64,000 nucleotides of DNA from Flavobacteriales bacterium UBA5933 (lineage in GTDB: Bacteria > Bacteroidota > Bacteroidia > Flavobacteriales > Weeksellaceae): positions 20,935 to 84,934 of the forward strand of contig DJDD01000131.1 of NCBI GenBank assembly GCA_002430925.1, read 5' to 3'. The position numbers were made by a program, and so were the translations under genes. The notes below the pieces were generated by a model. That model saw only the letters and a list, made by a program, of their open reading frames with translations, was not told the DNA's origin and made no database searches. Positions 27,529 to 40,762 of the stretch are shown here, piece by piece (positions within the stretch are counted from its first letter, which is position 1; each line of letters opens with the position of its first letter).

Positions 27529-28908
27529 TTATGATGGCTCTTGATTTATATTTAATATTTTTTCTTGAAGAATAGGATAAATTTCAAGCATATTGTCTTT
27601 TAGAGAACGATTTAATAATAATGCATTAGTTAAAGCTTCATCTCCTAATTTATCTTGATCTGTATGGTAATAAGCATTGCTTAATTGATAGAATAATTCT
27701 GCTCTATTAAAGTTTTTTAATGCTCCTGTAATTATTATCGCAATAGCTTGCTCATATTCTCCAATTGCAATTAATGTTTCTATATAAGCATACCATGAAT
27801 TGAAAACAAGAGGATCAAGTTCTATTAGTTTTTCTAAATGCTCAATAGCTTCTTCAAACTTCATTTGTTTTAGAAGATAATAAATAGAATTTCTATAGTA
27901 ATTTATATTATCATTATCTAATTCAATAGCTCTATTGATATAGTATTCTGCTTCATCAAAATTTGCTAGTTTATCATATAAAGCAGCAAGATTAGCCCAA
28001 GCTTTATCTAATTGAGGGTCTTCTTTTATAGAAATATGATAAGATTTTAAAGCTTTTTGAGTTTTATCTAGTTTTTCATATAGTTCACCAATTTTTAGAT
28101 AAGTTGATGCAGCAGATGTGTCATATTCTAAAGTCTCTTCTAGAGTTGCTATAGCATCATTGTATCGACCTAAAAAATCTAAAGAGTTAGCTTTGTTTGT
28201 ATGAGCTGATATACTATTTGGATTAATTGCTATGACATAATCAAATGCATTTATAGCTTCATCATACTCTTTTTGATGATTGTAAAGTAAACCAAGTTGT
28301 AGCCATGCAGCTTCTGAATATGGATTATCTTCTATATAATCTTTTAAAAATTCTATACAATCCTTTTCATCATTTATCTCTTCGTAACATTGTATAATAG
28401 AATAAAAAGAATAATCATTTTCTGGATTAAATTTTATAGCTTTTTTAAAAGCAACTAATGCAGAATGTACTTCATCTAAATTTAAATATTCATTTCCGAT
28501 ACAATTACAAATGAAGTCAGTTTCTTCATCATCTATTTCAAGTGCTTTTTCATAAATTTTTATAGCTTTTTTGGGCATATTTTTCATTCCCCAAAAACGA
28601 GCTTCTACCAGTAAATAATCAATTTCTTTTGCAGCAATTTCTTTTAATTCTTTAATAATTACTGCAGCCTCTTTCAATTTGTTTGTAAATAAAAGATAAT
28701 CTATTCTTTTAATTCTAATATCAAGATTATCTGGATGTAATTTTTCTGCATACTCTAGTGCACGTTTAGCATACTCGCTATCGTTTACTTCGATATAAAA
28801 TTCAATAATTTCGACTAAATCCTCGGAATCGTAATATTTATAATCACGATTATCAAGCATTTGTTCAAAATTTTCTATCAATTCATTATTAAAAAAATCT
28901 TCGTCCAT
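27529..28908 (-). CDS. Tetratricopeptide-repeat (TPR) protein
   Basis: Many 34-aa A/Y/L-patterned repeats (e.g. AWLQLGLLYNHQKEYDEAINAFDYVIAINPNS). The start is moved to MDEDFFNNEL (rc ATG at 28906-28908). The track start at 28953 adds a hydrophobic extension. Confidence 0.75.
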   Translation of the reverse strand: MDEDFFNNELIENFEQMLDNRDYKYYDSEDLVEIIEFYIEVNDSEYAKRALEYAEKLHPDNLDIRIKRIDYLLFTNKLKEAAVIIKELKEIAAKEIDYLLVEARFWGMKNMPKKAIKIYEKALEIDDEETDFICNCIGNEYLNLDEVHSALVAFKKAIKFNPENDYSFYSIIQCYEEINDEKDCIEFLKDYIEDNPYSEAAWLQLGLLYNHQKEYDEAINAFDYVIAINPNSISAHTNKANSLDFLGRYNDAIATLEETLEYDTSAASTYLKIGELYEKLDKTQKALKSYHISIKEDPQLDKAWANLAALYDKLANFDEAEYYINRAIELDNDNINYYRNSIYYLLKQMKFEEAIEHLEKLIELDPLVFNSWYAYIETLIAIGEYEQAIAIIITGALKNFNRAELFYQLSNAYYHTDQDKLGDEALTNALLLNRSLKDNMLEIYPILQEKILNINQEPS

Positions 28909-29001
28909 ATATATTACTAAATTACAAAATAAAATAAGCAAAGACCATAACAAAATTGTTATAGTTTTTGCTTATTTGTTAAATGTATATAAAAGCGTTA
29001 T

Positions 29002-30384
29002 TTATAAAATACTTTTTATACTTTCTATCATTTTATCAGCCAACTCATTCGCTTTTTCTTCAGATGTACTTTCTGTATAAATGCGAATAATAGGTTCTGT
29101 GTTAGATTTACGTAAATGTACCCATTCTGTTGGGAAATCTATTTTTACACCATCAACAGTATTTATTTGCTCATTTTTATATACTTCTTGTATCTTAATC
29201 AATAAATTATCAACATCAATATCTGGTGTTAATTCTATTTTCTTTTTTGCCATGAAGTATGCAGGATAAGAAGCTCTTAATTCTGAAACTGAACAGTTTT
29301 TTTCTGCTAAATATGTTAAAAATAATGCGATACCAACTAAAGAATCTCTTCCGTAATGTAATTCTGGATATATAATACCTCCATTTCCTTCACCTCCAAT
29401 CTTAGCTTCTAATCTTTTCATTTCTGTAACTACGTTTACTTCTCCAACAGCGGATGGAGAATAAGTTTGTCCATATTTTTCTGTTACATCACGTAAAGCA
29501 CGAGAAGATGATAGATTTGATACTGTAGCAGAAGGAGTTTTAGATAAAATATAATCAGCAATAGCAACCAATGTGTATTCTTCTCCAAACATTTCACCTT
29601 TTTCGTCAATTAATGCTAAGCGGTCTACGTCTGGGTCTACAACAATTCCAAAGTCAGCTTGCTCATCTACTACTTTTTTACAAATATCTCCTAAATGTTC
29701 TTTTAATGGTTCAGGATTGTGAGGAAATTGACCGTTAGGTTCACAGTATATTCCGTAGTGTATAACACCAAGTCGTTGTAATAATTTTGGAATAGCAATA
29801 CCACCTGTTGAATTTACAGCATCAATAGCGACTTTGAAATTCATATTTTGTATTGCATTCGTGTTAACTAATGGTAATGCAAGTATTTTTTCAATATGTA
29901 AATCTATAGCATCATCAAATGTTTCATATGTTCCTAAGTTATCAACTTCAGCAAAAGTGTAATCATCTTTGTCTACATATTCTAGAATTTGAGCTCCGTC
30001 TTCTGCAGAAACAAATTCTCCTTTTGCATTTAATAGTTTAAGGGCATTCCATTCTTTTGGATTATGTGATGCAGTTAGTATGATACCTCCATCAGCTTTT
30101 AGATGAGTTACCATAACTTCTACAGTTGGAGTTGTAGATAACCCTAAATCGATTACGTTTATTCCAAGTCCTTGTAAAGTAGAGCATACAAGTTGAGAAA
30201 TCATTTGTCCAGAAATGCGAGCATCTCTACCAATGATTACTTTATATTCTGATTGATTTGTTTGTGTTTTAAGCCATGTGCCATAGGCAGCTGCAAATTT
30301 TACAGCATCTATTGGTGTTAAATTATCTCCTGGATTTCCACCGATTGTTCCTCGGAAACCTGAAATAGATTTTATTAGAGACAT
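29002..30384 (-). CDS. glmM: Phosphoglucosamine mutase (alpha-D-phosphohexomutase family)
   Basis: Active-site TASHNPKEWNALK, Mg site DPDVDR, sugar-binding GGEGNGG, and about 460 aa as in Bacteroidota GlmM. Substrate specificity is inferred. Confidence 0.75.
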   Translation of the reverse strand: MSLIKSISGFRGTIGGNPGDNLTPIDAVKFAAAYGTWLKTQTNQSEYKVIIGRDARISGQMISQLVCSTLQGLGINVIDLGLSTTPTVEVMVTHLKADGGIILTASHNPKEWNALKLLNAKGEFVSAEDGAQILEYVDKDDYTFAEVDNLGTYETFDDAIDLHIEKILALPLVNTNAIQNMNFKVAIDAVNSTGGIAIPKLLQRLGVIHYGIYCEPNGQFPHNPEPLKEHLGDICKKVVDEQADFGIVVDPDVDRLALIDEKGEMFGEEYTLVAIADYILSKTPSATVSNLSSSRALRDVTEKYGQTYSPSAVGEVNVVTEMKRLEAKIGGEGNGGIIYPELHYGRDSLVGIALFLTYLAEKNCSVSELRASYPAYFMAKKKIELTPDIDVDNLLIKIQEVYKNEQINTVDGVKIDFPTEWVHLRKSNTEPIIRIYTESTSEEKANELADKMIESIKSIL

Positions 30385-30492
30385 ATTTTTAATTTTTATA
30401 GTCTTACAAATCTACGAAATACAAAAATTATTCTTAACTTTTTATGGTGAATTAATAGTAAAGATTTAATAATTAATAAAAAAATTAATTTT

Positions 30493-30810
30493 ATGATTGG
30501 ATTAGCGTTTATTACATTAGGAATTACAAGTTCTTGGAATGTTATGGTTTATATAATCATAGGTTTATTTTGTACAGGTATTGCAAGAGCTTTATTTATT
30601 GAAGAATATTTTGGTGGTCTTGCAGCTACTGCTGTAGTAGGTATTGTTGGAGCTTTTATTGGAGCTTATGTTCCTGTTTTGTTAGGATTACATGATTATT
30701 TATTTATGAGTCCTTTGCATTGTATTTTATCATTTTTTGTATCATTATCATTATTGTACTTATGGAATAAAATTGTGATATCATCTGTTGATAAACAGAA
30801 ATTGCAATAG
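30493..30810 (+). CDS. Small membrane protein, GlsB/YeaQ/YmgE (transglycosylase-associated) like, with a C-terminal extension
   Basis: Gly-rich TM helices: GGLAATAVVGIVGAFIGAYV. The last two codons and the stop codon lie inside repeat copy c. Confidence 0.5.
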   Translation: MIGLAFITLGITSSWNVMVYIIIGLFCTGIARALFIEEYFGGLAATAVVGIVGAFIGAYVPVLLGLHDYLFMSPLHCILSFFVSLSLLYLWNKIVISSVDKQKLQ

Positions 30811-30901
30811 CGATAGCAATGTAAATCCTTTGCTAGCAATTTTATGAGGCTAAGTTGCTAGCAAAGATTGAAATGTATAGCGCGTCCCGTAGGGATTGCC
30901 C
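30804..30901 (-). repeat. Dispersed structured intergenic element, copy c
   Basis: Minus strand: GGGCAAT-CCCTACGGG-ACGCGCTATACATTTCAATCTTT, then GCTAGCAA..TTGCTAGC, then AAAGGATTTACATTGCTATCGCTATTGC. It lies 8 nt downstream of the satP stop in the sense orientation. Confidence 0.85.
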
Positions 30902-30908
30902 AAATTAT

Positions 30909-31475
30909 TTATAAAGGCAAAACTATTTTTTCATATTTAGTATTAATCATGATTGCAGATGCTTCGTAAAAGGCTAAAAATCCACAAATAATTCCTATCC
31001 ATCCTGCAAATGAAATTATTTTACTATTTGCACAGAAGTTACCTGCTGCTAACAAGAAAAATAAGAGTGTAAGAGAGCCAAAAAGTAATTTTCCTGTGAG
31101 ATGACCTTTTAGCGTTTGTATAAAATTGACAAATGTAAATAATCCCCAAATGGCTAGATAAGAACCCATAGCATTTCCATCGGGCTTTTCTACACCAAAA
31201 AGTGGAGCTATCCATGTAAAAACTAAGGTTAGCCAAAAAGCGCCGTATGCCATAAATGCAATACTTCCAAAAGTATTACCTTTTTTCCATTCTAATGCAC
31301 CAGCAATAAATTGTGCTCCTCCACCAAAAAATACACCCATTCCCATAATCATACTGTTTACAGGAAAAAAACCTGCGTTATGAATGTTAAGAAGTACAGT
31401 TGTCATAGCAAAACCATATAATCCTAATGGTCCAGGATTAGCAGTTAAATCTTTAATTTCGTATTGTTTTTCCAT
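30909..31475 (-). CDS. satP: Acetate/succinate uptake transporter, GPR1/FUN34/YaaH (SatP) family
   Basis: Family signature NPGPLGLYGFAMTT near the N-terminus, with 6 TM segments. Confidence 0.85.
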   Translation of the reverse strand: MEKQYEIKDLTANPGPLGLYGFAMTTVLLNIHNAGFFPVNSMIMGMGVFFGGGAQFIAGALEWKKGNTFGSIAFMAYGAFWLTLVFTWIAPLFGVEKPDGNAMGSYLAIWGLFTFVNFIQTLKGHLTGKLLFGSLTLLFFLLAAGNFCANSKIISFAGWIGIICGFLAFYEASAIMINTKYEKIVLPL

Positions 31476-31578
31476 TTTTGTGATTGTTTGTATAACAATT
31501 ATAATCTATAAAAATGAAATCAACAAATAAAAGTGTATTTTGTACACTAAAAACTTTTTACAATAAATTATGTGAGAT

Positions 31579-31610
31579 AAAAAAAAAGGTCGTTAATTTA
31601 ATTAACGACC
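31579..31610 (-). terminator. Rho-independent terminator downstream of yidC
   Basis: Minus strand reads GGTCGTTAAT-taa-ATTAACGACC followed by T9. Confidence 0.75.
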
Positions 31611-31633
31611 TTTTGATATTTATAAATAAGAGT

Positions 31634-35120
<3,487 letters not shown>

Positions 35121-35191
35121 TCAATGGTTGCAAATTTACGAATAAATAATGGGGTAAAAAAAAAGATACTTAAATTTAGAGAATAAAAAAA

Positions 35192-35285
35192 GGCAAGCGA
35201 CCTACATCACACCGCTACGACCGTATACCTTTGCTACGTTCCCGTCCTGGAGGGTTCAACAGGAGCTGGTTGTGTAGGACTTGCC
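35192..35285 (-). ncRNA. ffs: Signal recognition particle RNA (small bacterial 4.5S type)
   Basis: Minus strand: GGCAAGUCCUACACAACC...GGUGUGAUGUAGGUCGCUUGCC closes a long hairpin. The apical domain IV is CCAGG-ACG-GGAA-CGU-AGCA-AAGG, which matches the conserved AGG/GGAA tetraloop/AGCA pattern. It is preceded by a TACCTTTG -7 box and followed by a T-run. The ends are approximate, within a few nt. Confidence 0.8.
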
Positions 35286-35290
35286 TGATG

Positions 35291-35298
35291 CAAAGGTA
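35291..35298 (-). promoter_or_regulatory. -7 box (TACCTTTG on the minus strand) of the SRP RNA gene
   Basis: The plus strand reads CAAAGGTA. The box ends 5 nt upstream of the first G of the predicted RNA. Confidence 0.55.
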
Positions 35299-35415
35299 AA
35301 ATATTTTTTATAAAATAAAAGTGTTTATCGAAAGTTTTTTCTCTAAAAATCGCATGTTTTGATTCTATTGTTTAAAAATGAGTAGATTATATATAAATAT
35401 TTTTTTTATTTTTTG

Positions 35416-35525
35416 GGGCAATCACTACGTGCCGCGCTTTATCGTTCTCAATCTTTTTTTGATTTGGCATTGTTTTTTGAACTTAGTCAATCAAAAAAAA
35501 GGATTTCCACTTCAATCGCTATTGC
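35416..35525 (+). repeat. Dispersed structured intergenic element, copy d
   Basis: GGGCAAT-CACTACGTG-CCGCGCTTTATCGTTCTCAATCTTTTTTT, a 32-nt variable region, then AAAAAAAAGGATTTCCACTTCAATCGCTATTGC. Confidence 0.85.
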
Positions 35526-35615
35526 TTTTTTTTAAAAAAATGTTTTTTTAATTTCATTGTTTTAAAACATAAAAATATTCCCAAAAGAATTATAAGATAT
35601 ATATATCTTTGTCAA

Positions 35616-36185
35616 ATGATAAGTTTTAATAAGATTTTCAAAAATTCTTTGATATTAACAGCGATTACATTAGTGCTGTTTTTCGGTTTATATTTTTATT
35701 TTTCTACGAATGGTAGTGTATCAGTAAAAGATTATTATACATATAGTTTTATGATATGTTGTTTCATACTTTTACCTGTATATGCAATATATTGTTTTTT
35801 CATGATATTTAATTTGTCAAAAAAGAAAGCAATTAATTACCAGAGTAGAGAAGATTTGATGAGTTTTAAAGAAGGATTTAAAGTAGGTTTTTATACTATT
35901 TTCTTTGCTGGTGCTATAAGTCTTATTGTGATTTTTGTGTTTTTTAATACAGCAGGTGAGTGGGCTCAAGATAGTCTGAAGCAAGGTCTTTTGGATACTT
36001 TTACAGATAATATGGCTGATCCTAAAGTAGCAAAGGATATAGAAACATATAGAAATTCTGATAGTTATAAAACATTGAATTTATTTACAATTAAAAATTT
36101 CTTTGGATTGTTTTCTATGTTCTTATCTTTTTATATTGCTATCTCTGCTTTATTTTCTCAATTTTTAAAAAAACGTGTTTTTTAA
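35616..36185 (+). CDS. DUF4199-family membrane protein
   Basis: Four TM segments, with the usual Bacteroidota position directly upstream of a C-terminally anchored GT2. A TATCTTTG box at 35604-35611 sits almost on the ATG, so the transcript may be leaderless or the true start may be internal. Confidence 0.55.
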   Translation: MISFNKIFKNSLILTAITLVLFFGLYFYFSTNGSVSVKDYYTYSFMICCFILLPVYAIYCFFMIFNLSKKKAINYQSREDLMSFKEGFKVGFYTIFFAGAISLIVIFVFFNTAGEWAQDSLKQGLLDTFTDNMADPKVAKDIETYRNSDSYKTLNLFTIKNFFGLFSMFLSFYIAISALFSQFLKKRVF

Positions 36186-36188
36186 CAT

Positions 36189-37151
36189 ATGGATATATCA
36201 GTTGTTGTCCCTCTATTAAATGAGCAAGATTCTTTAGAAGAATTATTTTATAGAATAAAAAAAGTTTGCGAACAGAATGATTTTTCATTCGAAGTTATTT
36301 TTGTTGATGACGGAAGTACAGATGAGTCATGGCAAATTATAGAATACATAGCGAATTTTAATCCTGAAGTAAAAGGAATTAAATTCAGAAAAAACTATGG
36401 TAAATCTCCAGCTTTAAGTGCGGCTTTTAAAGAAGTAAAAGGTGATGTTGTGATAACTATGGATGCTGATTTACAAGATTTTCCAGAAGAAATTCCAGCG
36501 TTGTACCATATGCTTAAAAATCAAAAGGCAGATATTGTATCTGGTTGGAAAGAAAATCGTCAAGATAATAAGCTAACAAAAAATTTACCATCAAAATTAT
36601 TTAATGGTGTTGCAAGAAAAACTTCTGGTGTAAAACTTCATGATTTTAATTGTGGACTAAAAGCGTATAGACATGAAGTTACACAGAATATAGAATTATA
36701 TGGCGATATGCATCGTTATATACCAGTTTTAGCAAAAAATGCAGGATATTCTCGTATCATAGAGAAAAAAGTAAAACATCAAGCAAGAAAATATGGTGTT
36801 TCTAAATTCGGAGCAAATCGATTTGTAAATGGTTTTTTAGATTTAATTACATTATTTTTTGCATCTCGTTTTGGAAATAAACCAATGCATATTTTTGGAT
36901 TGTTAGGAACTTTAATGTTTATCTTAGGCTTTATGTCTTCTTTTTACATTGGAATAGAGAAGTTATTTAAAGTTTATATTTCACATTCTCCTGCGAAGTT
37001 AATTACAGATAATCCATATTTTTATATATCTTTAGTTTTTATGATATTAGGAACTCAATTATTTTTAGCTGGATTTTTAGGTGAATTAATTGTTCGTAAT
37101 AATCGTGAAAAACAATTATATTTAGTTCAGAAAGAGCTTAATTTAAATTAA
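36189..37151 (+). CDS. GT2 polyprenyl-phosphate glycosyltransferase (DPM1/GtrB/ArnC-like) with two C-terminal TM helices
   Basis: ISVVVPLLNEQDSL...VIFVDDGSTDES...ITMDADLQD, with C-terminal hydrophobic helices. Confidence 0.8.
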   Translation: MDISVVVPLLNEQDSLEELFYRIKKVCEQNDFSFEVIFVDDGSTDESWQIIEYIANFNPEVKGIKFRKNYGKSPALSAAFKEVKGDVVITMDADLQDFPEEIPALYHMLKNQKADIVSGWKENRQDNKLTKNLPSKLFNGVARKTSGVKLHDFNCGLKAYRHEVTQNIELYGDMHRYIPVLAKNAGYSRIIEKKVKHQARKYGVSKFGANRFVNGFLDLITLFFASRFGNKPMHIFGLLGTLMFILGFMSSFYIGIEKLFKVYISHSPAKLITDNPYFYISLVFMILGTQLFLAGFLGELIVRNNREKQLYLVQKELNLN

Positions 37152-37157
37152 TGAATC

Positions 37158-37862
37158 TTGAAAAAAATAATATTACTTTGCTTATTTTGTATTTTAATTT
37201 TCTCATGTAATTCTTCTATAAAAGGAGAAGGAATAGCTACTGCACAAAAAGAATATAAAGTAGATAAAATTGATAATTTAACTGTATCATGCAATTGTAA
37301 TGTTATTTTAGTTCCAGGTAATACTACAGATTTGCGAATAGATTCGCATCAAAATTTAATTGATAATTTAGATATTACCACAAATAAAAATTCCTTATCA
37401 ATCAAAGAAAAAAAGAATGTAAATGACTTTAGCTCTTATGATGTTTATGTATACGTTACAAGAGATTTTAAGAAATTTATTGTTGATAAAAAAGCTTCTG
37501 TAACAACATCAGGTGCATTGAATGTTGATGAATTAGAAATTATAGCAAAAGATCAAGCAAAAATATCTCAAACTTATTTAATTACAGATAAAATAGATTT
37601 AAGATTTAATGATCAATCAACTGTTTCATTGGAAGGAACTGCTGAAAAAATGAAGATAAAAGCAGAGAGTAATTCAAAGTTGAATTTGTTCAAATTTGAA
37701 GTTAACGAAGTTGATTTTTCAGTAGAGGATAATGCTTTATTAGATGTTAATGTGAGACAAATACTTTCTGGATCGGCAAAAAATAATACGATTGTAAGCT
37801 TTATTGGTGATCCCAATAAAGAATTAAAAATAACTGATCAAGCACAAGTGCTTAAAAAATAA
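37158..37862 (+). CDS. Lipoprotein with a DUF2807 (head GIN / putative auto-transporter adhesin head) domain
   Basis: The TTG start gives MKKIILLCLFCILIFSC (lipobox). This is followed by a repetitive beta-helix-like pattern (NLTVSCNCNVILVPGNTTDLRIDSHQNLIDNLDI...). Confidence 0.6.
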   Translation: MKKIILLCLFCILIFSCNSSIKGEGIATAQKEYKVDKIDNLTVSCNCNVILVPGNTTDLRIDSHQNLIDNLDITTNKNSLSIKEKKNVNDFSSYDVYVYVTRDFKKFIVDKKASVTTSGALNVDELEIIAKDQAKISQTYLITDKIDLRFNDQSTVSLEGTAEKMKIKAESNSKLNLFKFEVNEVDFSVEDNALLDVNVRQILSGSAKNNTIVSFIGDPNKELKITDQAQVLKK

Positions 37863-37870
37863 AAACAAGA

Positions 37871-39583
37871 ATGAGTTCAAGTTTAGAAAATGCGAAACTA
37901 TGGCTTTCTGATTCTTATGATGTAGAAACAAGAAATGCTGTACAAGATTTAATTGATAATAATCCTACAGAATTAGACGATTCTTTTTACAAAAACTTAG
38001 AGTTTGGTACAGGAGGAATGCGTGGAATAATGGGAGTTGGAACAAATCGTCTTAATAAATATACATTAGGTGCGGCAACACAAGGTTTGGCAAATTATAT
38101 TAATAAAACATATCCTAATAAAGAAAAATCTGTTGCAATTGCATTTGATGTCCGTCATAATTCGGATGTTTTTGCAAAATTAGTTGCTGATGTTTTAACT
38201 GCAAATGGAATAAAAGTTTATTTGTTCGAATCTTTTCGTCCAACACCAGAATTATCTTTTGCGGTTCGTCATTTAGGTTGTGATGCAGGTATTGTATTGA
38301 CAGCTTCTCATAATCCTCCAATGTACAATGGTTATAAAGTGTATTGGAATGATGGGGCACAAATTGTTCCGCCACAAGATGGAGAAATAATTAATGAAGT
38401 AAATAATACAAAAGTTGACGATATAAAATTTCAAGGAAATGATGAGTTAATTACGATTATAGGTAAAGAAGTTGATGAAGCTTTTATTGATGCTTCTGTT
38501 AAAAACGGTAGTTTTACCTCGGAAGGTAAAAATGATATAAAAATTGTTTTTACATCAATTCATGGAACTTCTGTAGCTATTACTCCAAAAGCTTTCGAAA
38601 AAGCTGGTTTTACACAAGTTTATCAAGTTCCAGAACAAGCAATTCCAAGTGGAGACTTCCCAACTGTTAAATCTCCAAATCCTGAGGAACCAGAAGCTTT
38701 AACAATGGCTGTTGATTTAGCAAACAAAATTGATGCTGATGTTGTGATTGGAACTGACCCTGATGCTGATCGTGTAGGTGTTGCGACTCGTAATAACGAA
38801 GGTGAAATTGTTCTATTGAATGGTAACCAAATGAATACTGTTTTGGCTTATTATTTATTAGAAAAATGGCAAGAAGCTGGTAAATTATTAGGAAAAGAAT
38901 TTATAGGTTCCACAATTGTTACTTCTGATATATTTTATGATATCGCAGCAAAGTTTGGTGTTGATTGTAAAGTTGGTTTAACAGGATTTAAGTGGATTGC
39001 TGATATGATTCGTCGTTTCGAAGGTAAAGAAACTTTCGTTGGGGGAGGAGAAGAGTCTTTTGGATTTATGGTAGGTGATTTTATTCGTGATAAAGATTCT
39101 GTAACTACAGCTTTATTAGTTTCTGAAATTGCTGCTGTACAAAAAGAGAAAGGTAGTTCACTATACAATAAATTAGTTGAAATTTTTGTTGAGATAGGAA
39201 AGGCTTATCAAGAAGACTTAATTAATATTGTAAAACCTGGAAAAGAAGGAGCGGAGTTAATTGCTCAAATGATGGTTGATTTTAGAACAAATGCTCCAAA
39301 AGAGTTGGCAGGTTCTAAAGTTATTCGTATAAAAGACTTTCAATCTTCAATTGATAAAGATCTATTAACTGGAGAGGAAACAATAATTGATGTTCCAAAA
39401 TCAAATGTATTAATTTTCTATACCGAAGATGGAAGTAAGGTTGCTTGTCGTCCTTCAGGAACAGAACCTAAAATTAAATATTATTTCTCAGTAAATGCTC
39501 CACTTCAAAATATTGGAGAATATAAAGAAATTCAAAAACAGTTATTAGATAAAGTTGCTCAACTTAAAAACGATTTTAGTTAA
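37871..39583 (+). CDS. Phospho-sugar mutase, PgcA-type phosphoglucomutase/phosphomannomutase
   Basis: FGTGGMRG, active site TASHNPPMYNGYKVY, Mg site GTDPDADR, GGEESFG, and a C-terminal RPSGTEPKIKYY. Confidence 0.85.
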   Translation: MSSSLENAKLWLSDSYDVETRNAVQDLIDNNPTELDDSFYKNLEFGTGGMRGIMGVGTNRLNKYTLGAATQGLANYINKTYPNKEKSVAIAFDVRHNSDVFAKLVADVLTANGIKVYLFESFRPTPELSFAVRHLGCDAGIVLTASHNPPMYNGYKVYWNDGAQIVPPQDGEIINEVNNTKVDDIKFQGNDELITIIGKEVDEAFIDASVKNGSFTSEGKNDIKIVFTSIHGTSVAITPKAFEKAGFTQVYQVPEQAIPSGDFPTVKSPNPEEPEALTMAVDLANKIDADVVIGTDPDADRVGVATRNNEGEIVLLNGNQMNTVLAYYLLEKWQEAGKLLGKEFIGSTIVTSDIFYDIAAKFGVDCKVGLTGFKWIADMIRRFEGKETFVGGGEESFGFMVGDFIRDKDSVTTALLVSEIAAVQKEKGSSLYNKLVEIFVEIGKAYQEDLINIVKPGKEGAELIAQMMVDFRTNAPKELAGSKVIRIKDFQSSIDKDLLTGEETIIDVPKSNVLIFYTEDGSKVACRPSGTEPKIKYYFSVNAPLQNIGEYKEIQKQLLDKVAQLKNDFS

Positions 39584-39604
39584 TAATTGATTATTACATT
39601 ATAC

Positions 39605-39639
39605 AAAAAAAAGACCTCTAAATAGAGGTCTTTTTTTTT
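39605..39639. terminator. Bidirectional rho-independent terminator between the mutase and PiT genes
   Basis: A8-GACCTC-taaata-GAGGTC-T9. Confidence 0.8.
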
Positions 39640-39660
39640 GTATAATGATTTATTTTATTT

Positions 39661-40761
39661 TTAATTAAATAATAAATTGAATAAATAATAAAATCCAGTT
39701 GCAATTAATGCTGAAACAGGTATTGTTAGAATCCAAGCCCAAAGTAAACTAATTGTAACTCCCCAACGAACAGCAGAAATACGTTTTACCATACCAACAC
39801 CAATTATAGATCCTGTAATAACATGTGTTGTAGAAACAGGCATTTTGATATGCTCAGTAAAAAATAAAGTTATAGCTGATGCAGTTTGAGCTGTGAAACC
39901 TTCGATAGGAGTAATTTTAGTGATTTTATTACCCATTGTTTTCAATATTTTCATTCCTCCTCCTAGTGTACCTAATGCAATAGCAGAAAAACACATAATA
40001 GGAACCCAGTCATGAATATCTGTACTACTTGATGTTGCTAGCCAACTTTTCCAATCAAAAACATCATTCATAAACCATCCATCCATATTGGCATTAGTAA
40101 TTGCATCTTGGTTTGCTAATAGTGCAAATGTAATAACACCCATTACTTTTTGGGAATCATTTAATCCATGTCCAATACTTAGCATGGCAGATGAAACAAG
40201 TTGTAATCTTTTAAACCATTTATCTGCTTTATGAGGTTTAGCTTTTCTACAAAGATTTAAGGTGATAATGTATATAACATTACCTGCTATTAAACCAATA
40301 ATAGGAGCTACTAAAATAAAAGCAATAATTGTTAAAATAATAGAACCATTAATAGCTGAAAAGTTATAACCAGTCGCAGCTAATGCACCTCCAGCTAGTC
40401 CACCAATTAAAGTGTGAGAAGATGAAGAAGGTATACCTAGCTTCCAGGTTAATATGTTCCATGTAATAGCTGCAGAAAGAGCTGCCATTACAACAATTGA
40501 AGGATTAGATCCAAAAGCTACAACAACATCTTCTTTTATAATTTTCGCAATTGTATCAGCTACTCCAAATTCTCCAATAATAAATTTAGCAATAAAGAAA
40601 GCTACAAAATTAAAAAATGCAGCCCATATTACAGCTTGGATAGGAGTAAGTACTTTTGTTGTAACTACTGTAGCGATAGAATTTGCTGCATCATGAAAAC
40701 CATTTAAAAAATCAAATAAAATGGCTAAACATATAATGACAAATAATATAGTTAATTCCAT
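39661..40761 (-). CDS. Inorganic phosphate transporter, PiT family
   Basis: GFHDAANSIATVV near the N-terminus and the repeated GLNDSQK motif. Polytopic. Confidence 0.85.
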   Translation of the reverse strand: MELTILFVIICLAILFDFLNGFHDAANSIATVVTTKVLTPIQAVIWAAFFNFVAFFIAKFIIGEFGVADTIAKIIKEDVVVAFGSNPSIVVMAALSAAITWNILTWKLGIPSSSSHTLIGGLAGGALAATGYNFSAINGSIILTIIAFILVAPIIGLIAGNVIYIITLNLCRKAKPHKADKWFKRLQLVSSAMLSIGHGLNDSQKVMGVITFALLANQDAITNANMDGWFMNDVFDWKSWLATSSSTDIHDWVPIMCFSAIALGTLGGGMKILKTMGNKITKITPIEGFTAQTASAITLFFTEHIKMPVSTTHVITGSIIGVGMVKRISAVRWGVTISLLWAWILTIPVSALIATGFYYLFNLLFN

Positions 40762-40762
40762 T

